NCBI GenBank assembly: GCA_964588355.1 | Contig: CAZPPB010000004.1 | Location: 2,992 to 66,991, forward strand | DNA length: 64,000 nucleotides | From: an uncultured Spirochaetaceae bacterium | Lineage (GTDB): Bacteria > Spirochaetota > Spirochaetia > SZUA-6 > DRHE01 | Reading direction: 5' to 3' | Part shown: positions 50,310 to 58,349 of the stretch, piece by piece | Position numbering within the stretch: position 1 is the stretch's first letter | How the letters are laid out: each line of letters opens with the position of its first letter | The notes under the pieces: generated by a model | Told to the model about the DNA's origin: nothing | The model's input: the letters and a program-made list of their open reading frames with translations, nothing else | Databases searched by the model: none | Made by a program: the position numbers and the translations under genes

Positions 50310-52214
50310 CTACACGGTGTACAGGCCCAGAGTGCGCAGCGTTTCCGTAACCCCCGACAGTTCCTCCAGGGCGTCCTGGAACGCATTCTCCTCCTCAGGG
50401 ATATCGACATCCACGTAGAACATCTCTTCCCAGGGTTTGCCGGCAATAGGCCTTGATTCCAGCTTCACCATGTTGATGCTGCGCTCGGCCAGCACCTGGA
50501 GCACGCTGAACAGGGATCCCGGCGTATTGGCAGTGGAAAATACCAGGGAAGCCCGATTGGCTTTTCCCCCTCGGCCCTCGGCCAGGGCCAGCTCTTCCCG
50601 GGCGATGATCACGAAGCGGGTATAGTTTTGGCTGTCCGTCTCGATTCCCTCTTTGAGCACCTTCATCTTGTGAACCTTGGCCGCGTCCGAGCTGGCGATG
50701 CCGGCGTTTCCCTTGTTTCCCTGCTCGGCGATAAAGGCGATCGATCCGGCGGTATCGTAGAAGGGGATTTTCTCCCACGCCGGGTAAGCGTCCAGGAAAC
50801 GGGAACATTGGGACAGCCCTTGAGGGTGGGAGTATACCCGCCTGATGTCTTTCAGCTGCGCCTCGGGCAACCCGATGAGATTGTGGATGATCCGGATTGT
50901 TTTTTCACCTACGATGCGGATATCCGGATACTGCAGCAGAAGATCGTAATTCTGATGTATGGAGCCGGTCAGGGTGTTCTCGATCGGGATGATCCCGTAG
51001 TGGCACCTTCCCGTTAGCACCGATTCGAAGACATCCCGGAACTCCTTGAGCGGCAGGGACTGAACCGAGTCGGGGAAATAGCGCAGCAGCGCGTTTTCGC
51101 TGAACGCGCCGGGCTCACCCTGGAAAGCGACCTTGAGCGATCCTTCTTCGCTCGACACGGCCGGAGTGTAGGGGGGCACCCGGGGAAGTTCCTCCGGAAG
51201 CCGGGCAAGCTCCTTGCTCAACACCGGGGTCAGAGCCTGTATGTCCCGCATCAGCTTTTCAAACTGCTCGGGGTACAGTGACTGAGGACCGTCGGAGAGA
51301 GCCTTCTGCGGATCGGTGTGCACCTCCACGATCAGTCCGTCGGCGCCGGCGGCCACTGCAGCCAGGGCCATAGGAATGACCTTGGCCCGTATGCCCGTAC
51401 CGTGGCTCGGGTCCACCAGGATCGGCAGATGACTGAGCTTCTTCACAACCGGGATGGCGGAGATATCCAGGGTGTTGCGGGTATAAGTTTCGAAGGTCCG
51501 AATACCCCGTTCGCAGAGCATCACGTAGTCGGTCCCGTGGGCCAGCAGGTATTCGGCGGACATCAGCAGATCCTGTATCGTGGCGGCCGGCCCTCTCTTC
51601 AGCAGCACCGGTTTGTGCAGGGCTCCGACGGTTTTCAGCAGCTCGAAGTTCTGCATGTTTCGGGCGCCGATTTGCAGGATGTCCGTGTATGCGGCGAACA
51701 TCTCCGTGTGCTCCGGAGTGACGATCTCCGAGATCACGGGCATTCCGTTCGCCTCTCCGGCTTCCTTTAAGTACTTCAGCCCCTCTTCCCCCAGACCCTG
51801 AAAGGCGTAGGGGGAGCTCCTGGGTTTGTAGGCTCCGCCCCGCAGGATAACTGCGCCGGATTCCCGCACCAGGGAAGCGACTTCCAGAATCTGCTGGCGG
51901 GACTCCACCGAACAGGGGCCGGCGATGACGGCGATCCGGGAACCCCCTATCTTCACCGGCCCAACGGGTATAGAGGTGTCCTCTTTTTTGAACTCCCGGG
52001 AAGCCAGTTTGTACGGCTTTGTGATAGGGATGACCCGGGCCACACCGGGGAGGATCTCCACCTGCCTAAGGTCAATGGGAATGATGCCGACAGCCCCCAG
52101 AATCGTTTCTTCCTCGCCCTGGATCTCCCGGATTCGAAAACCCTTGTCTTCGAGGAACGAAACGATGTGCAACTTGTCCGAGGGATTGATGTTGTGTTCG
52201 AGGACGACGATCAT
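50310..52214 (-). CDS. Bifunctional 3-deoxy-7-phosphoheptulonate (DAHP) synthase (type I-beta with N-terminal ferredoxin-like domain, aa 1-~345) / prephenate dehydratase with ACT domain (aa ~355-634)
   Basis: The N-terminal half closely resembles the Thermotoga-type DAHPS (MIVVLEH…AGPCSVES…[19 protein letters not shown]…ILVDPSH…VEVH). The C-terminal half is PDT plus ACT ([17 protein letters not shown]…[10 protein letters not shown]…TRFVII…[19 protein letters not shown]). It is one continuous 634-aa ORF. Confidence 0.8.
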   Translation of the reverse strand: MIVVLEHNINPSDKLHIVSFLEDKGFRIREIQGEEETILGAVGIIPIDLRQVEILPGVARVIPITKPYKLASREFKKEDTSIPVGPVKIGGSRIAVIAGPCSVESRQQILEVASLVRESGAVILRGGAYKPRSSPYAFQGLGEEGLKYLKEAGEANGMPVISEIVTPEHTEMFAAYTDILQIGARNMQNFELLKTVGALHKPVLLKRGPAATIQDLLMSAEYLLAHGTDYVMLCERGIRTFETYTRNTLDISAIPVVKKLSHLPILVDPSHGTGIRAKVIPMALAAVAAGADGLIVEVHTDPQKALSDGPQSLYPEQFEKLMRDIQALTPVLSKELARLPEELPRVPPYTPAVSSEEGSLKVAFQGEPGAFSENALLRYFPDSVQSLPLKEFRDVFESVLTGRCHYGIIPIENTLTGSIHQNYDLLLQYPDIRIVGEKTIRIIHNLIGLPEAQLKDIRRVYSHPQGLSQCSRFLDAYPAWEKIPFYDTAGSIAFIAEQGNKGNAGIASSDAAKVHKMKVLKEGIETDSQNYTRFVIIAREELALAEGRGGKANRASLVFSTANTPGSLFSVLQVLAERSINMVKLESRPIAGKPWEEMFYVDVDIPEEENAFQDALEELSGVTETLRTLGLYTV

Positions 52215-52870
52215 GAGGGCAGATTCACCAGGACCTCGGCGATCTCTCCGTTGTCGGTGAGCATCTGTTCGAATGATTCGAGGAGTTTCCTCTCGTTGTC
52301 CAGGATCTTGGCTACGAAATGCAGCGTGCTGTATGGTGTGCCTCGGCGTACCCCGTTGACACCGGCATTGTACATGGCCAGAGCCACCACTTCGTTTTTA
52401 CCGACATCAATACAGTAGCGGAAATGGGCCAGACCGTGCTCGGCGTTGGTCTGGGGATTGTAGAACTGTTCCTCCTTCAGGTTGGGGAACGTCCGGGAGT
52501 TCAACTGAAACAGCCCCCGATCCACCGAGTTGGAGTTGTAATTCAACGCTCGTACCCGATATGAGCTCTCAACCCAGGCGAGTGAGAACGCCAGAGGCAG
52601 GGAGATGTCATTGCTGTCCGCTGCCGCCAGGATTGCATCGGTGATTTCAACGTCGGCGGTTTCCCGGTTGTAGAAGTTCTCCACCAGGGGTCGGGTCAGC
52701 TCGTTTCTGTACAGATACAGGCCCGGATCCACTTCCTCGGGTTTCTCGGAAAGCAGAAACTCGATCGTCTCCGGAGTGAGTATACCGGGGTAGGCCGCTT
52801 CCCCGTTGTTCACACTCCCCGAGCAGGAGAGAAAAATGACAGCAATGAGCGAATACACAACATTTTTCAT
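52211..52870 (-). CDS. Lytic transglycosylase-domain lipoprotein (SLT/GEWL-like)
   Basis: Signal peptide plus lipobox (IFLSCSG). Transglycosylase block AWVESSY…RGLFQLNS…YNAG. It overlaps the upstream gene start by 4 nt. Confidence 0.6.
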   Translation of the reverse strand: MKNVVYSLIAVIFLSCSGSVNNGEAAYPGILTPETIEFLLSEKPEEVDPGLYLYRNELTRPLVENFYNRETADVEITDAILAAADSNDISLPLAFSLAWVESSYRVRALNYNSNSVDRGLFQLNSRTFPNLKEEQFYNPQTNAEHGLAHFRYCIDVGKNEVVALAMYNAGVNGVRRGTPYSTLHFVAKILDNERKLLESFEQMLTDNGEIAEVLVNLPS

Positions 52871-52966
52871 AGTTTTTCTCTTAAGCGGGCTTTAGTTACT
52901 GATTTTCAAGGGAAAAGTCAAGTGCATTGCGCGCTCCGACGGCGCAACCACACGGCCGGAGCAGCT

Positions 52967-54040
52967 CTATCCTTGTACAGTAATCCGATTTCGGCCCATC
53001 TCTTTGGACTGATACAATGCTTTATCCGCCTCCGCTATCAACTGGGAGGCGGAGCGAATGCGGGCCGGTTTGAACTCAGCCACACCCATTGACACGGTCA
53101 CGAACAGAGACTCCTCTTCACCGCTGAAGGAGTGCTGCTCTATGGTTTTACGGATGCGTTCGGCCACCACCGCCGCACCTTTGGAGTTGACTTCGGGCAG
53201 AATGACCGCAAACTCCTCCCCTCCGTAGCGGGCGGTGAAGTCGATCGTGCGCACCGATGCCCGCAGGATTTTCGCGATTTCCTTGATGATTGTATCTCCC
53301 TGCAGATGCCCGTAGGTGTCGTTGAATTTCTTGAAGTGATCAATGTCGAACATGATCAGGGACAGAGTCGTTCCGTAACGGTGAGCTCTGGCGATCTCCT
53401 CTTCCAGGTCTTGCCGGAAAAAGTGGTGGGAGAACAATTTGGTCATTGTGTCTGTAGTCGCCTGCCAGAACAGATTGGCGTTTTCTATGGCGATCGAAGC
53501 AAAACGGATGATTTGGGTGACGTACTGGATGTCCAGAAGGGAATAGGATCCGCCGTCCTGCTTCGAAGGCAGAAGAATGAGCCCGCAGACACCCTTATCG
53601 GTTCTCAAGGGAACGATTATATCCGGCTGAATGATTTCGAACTGTCGAACGACCGTTTTGTCACGAAAATTCTCTTTGAAGTAGGCGAAAGATATCTGAT
53701 TGTATTCATTTTCTCCGAGAAACGAAAGAATCGTGTCAATAGAGGAGATCTTCAGGTCCAGTTTACCCTGCTTCAAGCCCTTGAAGTGGAAGAGATGGGG
53801 CAGGTTCTCATCGAGTTCGTTCGGTAGGATGCAGGTTACCGTGGTAGGTTGGAATTTGGCTACGAAGCTCAGCACGACGTTTCTAATGATGTTTTCCACA
53901 TCCAGCTGAGCCGTGATCTGCGAGGCGATTTCGATGATCTCTTTCAGTTCCTGGTTTCCCAATTCCAGGTGCATCTGATGGAGTTCTTGTTCGCTGCTCA
54001 TTGCGCTATGCATTATATTCGCAAAGCTATCCCGTGCCAA
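52967..54040 (-). CDS. GAF-domain diguanylate cyclase (GAF + GGDEF)
   Basis: Intact GGDEF (RYGGEEFAVIL) preceded by a GAF-like region. The start is ambiguous: TTG 54040, ATG 54013 or ATG 54001. AT-rich. Confidence 0.7.
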   Translation of the reverse strand: MARDSFANIMHSAMSSEQELHQMHLELGNQELKEIIEIASQITAQLDVENIIRNVVLSFVAKFQPTTVTCILPNELDENLPHLFHFKGLKQGKLDLKISSIDTILSFLGENEYNQISFAYFKENFRDKTVVRQFEIIQPDIIVPLRTDKGVCGLILLPSKQDGGSYSLLDIQYVTQIIRFASIAIENANLFWQATTDTMTKLFSHHFFRQDLEEEIARAHRYGTTLSLIMFDIDHFKKFNDTYGHLQGDTIIKEIAKILRASVRTIDFTARYGGEEFAVILPEVNSKGAAVVAERIRKTIEQHSFSGEEESLFVTVSMGVAEFKPARIRSASQLIAEADKALYQSKEMGRNRITVQG

Positions 54041-54193
54041 GCTGACGGATGCTCCGGTGCTATGGGCGAACGAGTAAACTAGTTAAACCAGGGAATTTAA
54101 AACATACGGGTTTGCACGCTGTCCGAAACGGGGAGAGGTTCCGGAATGCTCGAGATCCCTCTAGGAGGGCAAGGTCTTCCATGATCCTTCCTC

Positions 54194-55231
54194 TCATTCC
54201 GCAGAAATTAGAGCAATCCCCTGCTGTTCAGCCAAAGCGTTTAGTGTTTCAAGTAGCTCTTCCTCTATCGGAATTCCCGTGTGTTCGGATTCCTGCAGGT
54301 TGTGCACGACCCGATGGCCGGGTAGGCGGATATTGTTGAATCCAGGACGCACGCGGCTGTTTAGCATATGTGCTTTGAATCGCTCAATCTCTTTGTAGTA
54401 GTACTCGTCTCCAGCGAACGCCTTGGGGTCAATTACGGTCAGTCCTGCGGATTGACTCGTTTTTGTTTCCGGATTGTTACACTCCCCCCCGGCCAGAGCG
54501 GCGATACCCTCAGCCCAAAGGGACATCCCATACCCCTTGTAGCCGAAATGGGCACCACCTATGAACAGCACAGATCCTCCCTCAAAAGCGACCTTTGGGT
54601 CCGTGCTGAGATTCCCTTTAGCATCGAGAAAGATCGGTTCGGGCGCTTGCTGACCGTTTTGGACCATCCGTTTGGTCTTGCCCATGGAAATCGTGGTCGT
54701 GGAGAAGTCGGATATAACCGGATCTCCCTTGGTGGGAAAAGCCATGGCAATGGGATTGGTGGAGAACTTAGCATCTATCCCGCCATACGGCGCTGCGTCC
54801 CGACATGTCGTGGTTTGAGCCCAGAGCTGGGCCATATAGCCCTGCTGTGTAAGGGAGTGAAGATACGGTCCCAGCGCTCCAAACCAGCAGCACTTTCTGA
54901 CCGTAACCATGGCCACACCTTGTTTTGAGGCTTTTTCCACGGCGACTTTCTTTGCCACGCTCAGTGCCAACTGAGCGAAGCCATAGTTGCCGTCAATGAC
55001 CGCAGTGGCTCCGGATTCTTTGATCACCTCCGGTTCGGCAGACGGGTCTATTGGCTCCGGGATGTTTTGATTGAAATAAGGAAACACCGCCATACCGTGA
55101 GTGTGGATACCCATGGCCTGAGTTTTTACGGCAATCTCGGCGATGGTTTGGGCGTTCTGTTCTGAAACCCCCTTGTTTTTCAAGAACTCAACACCAAATT
55201 TAATCAGGGTTTCTTTCGAACAGCGTTTCAT
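54194..55231 (-). CDS. Ldh_2 family (malate/L-lactate/L-sulfolactate dehydrogenase type 2) oxidoreductase
   Basis: MKRCSKETLIKFGVEFLKNKGVSEQNAQTIAEIAVKTQAMGIHTHGMAV… is a typical Ldh_2 N-terminus. ATG at 55231 with GGGAGGAAG upstream. The ORF-track extension to 55612 is Gly/Arg-rich junk. Confidence 0.7.
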   Translation of the reverse strand: MKRCSKETLIKFGVEFLKNKGVSEQNAQTIAEIAVKTQAMGIHTHGMAVFPYFNQNIPEPIDPSAEPEVIKESGATAVIDGNYGFAQLALSVAKKVAVEKASKQGVAMVTVRKCCWFGALGPYLHSLTQQGYMAQLWAQTTTCRDAAPYGGIDAKFSTNPIAMAFPTKGDPVISDFSTTTISMGKTKRMVQNGQQAPEPIFLDAKGNLSTDPKVAFEGGSVLFIGGAHFGYKGYGMSLWAEGIAALAGGECNNPETKTSQSAGLTVIDPKAFAGDEYYYKEIERFKAHMLNSRVRPGFNNIRLPGHRVVHNLQESEHTGIPIEEELLETLNALAEQQGIALISAE

Positions 55232-56415
55232 ACTTCCTCCCTTGCTCGATTCACGATACTCCGCCAGTCGTTCCAGTCGTCGACCGACAGATCGTCGGTA
55301 ATGCCGCTGATCGACAGGATGTATCCTCTCTCGGCCACCTCCGATAGACTGCAGGCCCGACGGATTACAAACTGTACCTCCTCCATCGTATGGCGATACA
55401 AATCCCCCACGCATCCTCCGCAGAAAACGAAATGTTTCCCAAACCGCCGCACCAGTTCCGGCAGGTTCGGGTTTTCCTCCCAATCGAAGGGATTGATGAT
55501 GTCGATCCCGATAGCCGCCAGATCCGGAAGCAGCGGGGCGATGTTTCCATGGGAATGGAGATGGATGAATGCCCCCCGGCCGTGAACCCTCCGTGTAAGT
55601 TCGTCGTACCACGGAAGGAAGAACTCGCGGAAGAGCTCCGGCGACATCAGCAATCCGTCTGCGTTTCCCAGATCATCACAGACATTGATGATCTCCACCC
55701 CGCTGTCCAGGAGCATCTCAACGGCATCGAGATTCATGGCGGCCAGAGTACTTGTTAACCGTTTGATGAAATCCGGTTTCAGCAGCATATTAACCATGGT
55801 GTCCTGGAAATCCATGAATGAATTGTGGACTCCGGAGAAGAAACCCTGGATCACGCCGGTGGTCGCGAAACCAGCGGCCTTGAAATATCGACAGTCCGCT
55901 TCGATATCCTGGAACCGTTCGGCGTTCTTCATATTGGGGAGCTCGAGGGTTTCCAGGTCCGCTTCGGTCTGTACCGGAAAGTGGTAGTACATGATCGAGT
56001 GGGGATTGTAGCCGTGTTTTCGCCGGCACCCCCCCTCGTATTCGAGGATTTTATATTCCGATGTGCGTTCGATCACCACCGGCTGAATCTCCCCCGGTCC
56101 GCCGTGCCCAAAGGGGAAAACCGCACCCTTTCCGGTCCCCAGTGTCGCCATGTCCATGTACCGGGCCATTCGCACGGCTTGGTCGCGGCTGTCCGAAGTG
56201 CGGGGGTCGGGAGAGAATCGGTCCCTTGGGGGTTCATCTGAAGGAATACAGTACGTGTTTTCATCATAGCAGTCGGCCGGAACGAGCTTGTGCATCGTTT
56301 TTACATCCCAAAATCCGATGGGATCGATGATCTTTCCGTCTTCGACGACCACGGATCCCGTTTCGATCATCCGGAACGGTGTGATCACTTTCCCGTCAAT
56401 GATTGCCGTCTTCAT
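55228..56415 (-). CDS. Uroporphyrinogen-decarboxylase (URO-D) family protein (MtaA/CmuA-like methyltransferase/decarboxylase fold)
   Basis: 395 aa with URO-D-like C-terminal blocks (…FIHLHSHGN…GIDIINPFD…). It overlaps the downstream Ldh_2 gene by 4 nt. The family call is by eye. Confidence 0.55.
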   Translation of the reverse strand: MKTAIIDGKVITPFRMIETGSVVVEDGKIIDPIGFWDVKTMHKLVPADCYDENTYCIPSDEPPRDRFSPDPRTSDSRDQAVRMARYMDMATLGTGKGAVFPFGHGGPGEIQPVVIERTSEYKILEYEGGCRRKHGYNPHSIMYYHFPVQTEADLETLELPNMKNAERFQDIEADCRYFKAAGFATTGVIQGFFSGVHNSFMDFQDTMVNMLLKPDFIKRLTSTLAAMNLDAVEMLLDSGVEIINVCDDLGNADGLLMSPELFREFFLPWYDELTRRVHGRGAFIHLHSHGNIAPLLPDLAAIGIDIINPFDWEENPNLPELVRRFGKHFVFCGGCVGDLYRHTMEEVQFVIRRACSLSEVAERGYILSISGITDDLSVDDWNDWRSIVNRAREEV

Positions 56416-56541
56416 AATAGTCTTCCTTGTGTAGTCTTTCCCGAGAGTTCTCTATTATACTCAAGGATCGAGGTGATTAGCGAGCGTTGTCCAGGAGGAT
56501 ATCGCCGGCAGCCGCGATCGAAACCGCGACGGAGAGATCAA

Positions 56542-57396
56542 ATGGCAGAAGACAAGTTGAAGATCTTAGTTATCGGTGCTCATCCCGATGACGCGGATGT
56601 CCGCTGCGGGGGTTTGGCTCTGAAATACATCGCTCAGGGACATACTGTCAAGTTCTTGAGCACAACAAACGGCGACACGGGGCATCACAAAATCGGGGGT
56701 GTCGAGCTGGCTCGTCGGCGCTACGCAGAAGCCCAGGCAGCGGCCCGGGCGGCTGGGCTGGCGGAGTATGAGATCCTGGATCTGCACAATGGTGAGCTGG
56801 AGCCCTCGGTGGCCAATCGCAAGTTGATTATCCGGATTATCCGGGAATACAATCCGGATCTGATCATCACCCACAGGCCGAATGACTATCATCCCGATCA
56901 TCGCTATACCTCACAGCTTGTCCAGGATGCCTCTTACATCGTTACGGTGCCCAACATGGTGGCTTTGACCGAAATTCTGCTACGGACCCCCAAGATCTGC
57001 TATATGCACGATCGATTCCGTAAGCCCCTTCCGTTTCAGCCCGATGTCGTGGTGGGTATCGATGAGGTGATCGAGAAAAAGGTAGAGATGATGCACTGCC
57101 ACGAATCACAGTTCTACGAGTGGCTTCCCTTTAACCAGGGAATCTCCGGCCAGGTGCCTGCCGATTCGGAACAGCGAAAGAGGTGGCTGGCTTCCTGGCG
57201 AATGCCGTATTTTGAAAACATTGCCAACGAATATCGGCAGGTTCTGATTGAGCTGTACGGCGAAGAGCAGGGGCGCGCAGTGCGCTACGCCGAAGCCTTT
57301 GAAGGGTGCGAGTATGGAGCCGGATTTGAAAAGAAGGATATTCCGCGGCTGTTTCCTTTTTTTTCGATGAGTGAGGAATGGAGACATGATTATTGA
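56542..57396 (+). CDS. PIG-L/LmbE family N-acetylglucosaminyl deacetylase
   Basis: MAEDKLKILVIGAHPDDADVRCGG…HRPNDYHPDH is the LmbE zinc-binding signature (HPDD…H…D…H). GGAGAG lies 5 nt upstream of the ATG at 56542. Confidence 0.72.
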   Translation: MAEDKLKILVIGAHPDDADVRCGGLALKYIAQGHTVKFLSTTNGDTGHHKIGGVELARRRYAEAQAAARAAGLAEYEILDLHNGELEPSVANRKLIIRIIREYNPDLIITHRPNDYHPDHRYTSQLVQDASYIVTVPNMVALTEILLRTPKICYMHDRFRKPLPFQPDVVVGIDEVIEKKVEMMHCHESQFYEWLPFNQGISGQVPADSEQRKRWLASWRMPYFENIANEYRQVLIELYGEEQGRAVRYAEAFEGCEYGAGFEKKDIPRLFPFFSMSEEWRHDY

Positions 57397-58345
57397 TTTC
57401 CACACCCATGTGGGAGATCATCGCACCCCAGAGCGGATGGACCGTTTACCCGTCACCTGGGAGGGGCTTATTGAACGCCTGGATGAAGAAGGAATCGACA
57501 AGGCGGTGGTGCTCCCCTCGGGGGTATCTCCGGAAAGTATAAAAGCCCCCGTCCTTTTCTGCCCGCACGGGGATCTCCTCAGTCAGCTTAAATCAGCCCG
57601 GGAGTATTCGGATCGGATCATTGCTTTCGGAAATCTCGATCCCCGGATGGGCTGCCTCGGAAATCTTGAGTCGCACCAAGTCGACAATCCGCCAGATGCC
57701 GATTTCTCCTGGATCCTGAAACGGTTCCGGGACTTCGGTTGCGTCGGCATCGGTGAAATTACCGCCAACATCGCCGTGGATGATCCCAGGGTTATCAGTC
57801 TTTTGCGCCAATGCGCTGATTTTAACCTTCCCGTGCTGTTTCACTGCACAGGCCCCGGGCGAGGTGTATATGGATTGTATGACGAAATCGGTCTTCCCCG
57901 CCTGGAGAGATTGCTGCAGGCTGTTCCTGATACCACGGTGATCGGTCATGCGCCGGGCTTTTGGGCGGAAATCGAAGGAGATATCACAGCGGAAATGAAA
58001 TTCATCTATCCCACCGGGCCGATTCGCAAGGAAGGAGCTCTGAGCCGTCTGCTGCGAAGCTATCCCAATTTGTACGCCGATATCTCTGCCAACAGCGGTT
58101 TCAACGCTATCAGCCGTGACAAGGCTTTTGGTGTAAGCTTCCTCACGGAATTCCAGGACAGGATTCTGTTCGGCACAGATGTGTGTTTCGGCGGTGTAGA
58201 TGGAAGGATGCCCCATCTGGGATATCTGCGTACACTTCGTGAAGAGAGCCAGATAACCTCCGAGGTGTTCGATAAAATCGCGGGAGGAAATGCCCTGAAA
58301 ATCCTCACTCTCTACGTCTCCGATTCGAAAGCGGGGAAGGAATGA
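57386..58345 (+). CDS. Amidohydrolase-2 family TIM-barrel metal-dependent hydrolase
   Basis: MIIDFHTHVG… N-terminal HxH plus downstream His/Asp ligands (…FHCTGP…IGHAPGF…FGTDV…). Confidence 0.62.
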   Translation: MIIDFHTHVGDHRTPERMDRLPVTWEGLIERLDEEGIDKAVVLPSGVSPESIKAPVLFCPHGDLLSQLKSAREYSDRIIAFGNLDPRMGCLGNLESHQVDNPPDADFSWILKRFRDFGCVGIGEITANIAVDDPRVISLLRQCADFNLPVLFHCTGPGRGVYGLYDEIGLPRLERLLQAVPDTTVIGHAPGFWAEIEGDITAEMKFIYPTGPIRKEGALSRLLRSYPNLYADISANSGFNAISRDKAFGVSFLTEFQDRILFGTDVCFGGVDGRMPHLGYLRTLREESQITSEVFDKIAGGNALKILTLYVSDSKAGKE

Positions 58346-58349
58346 GCTG

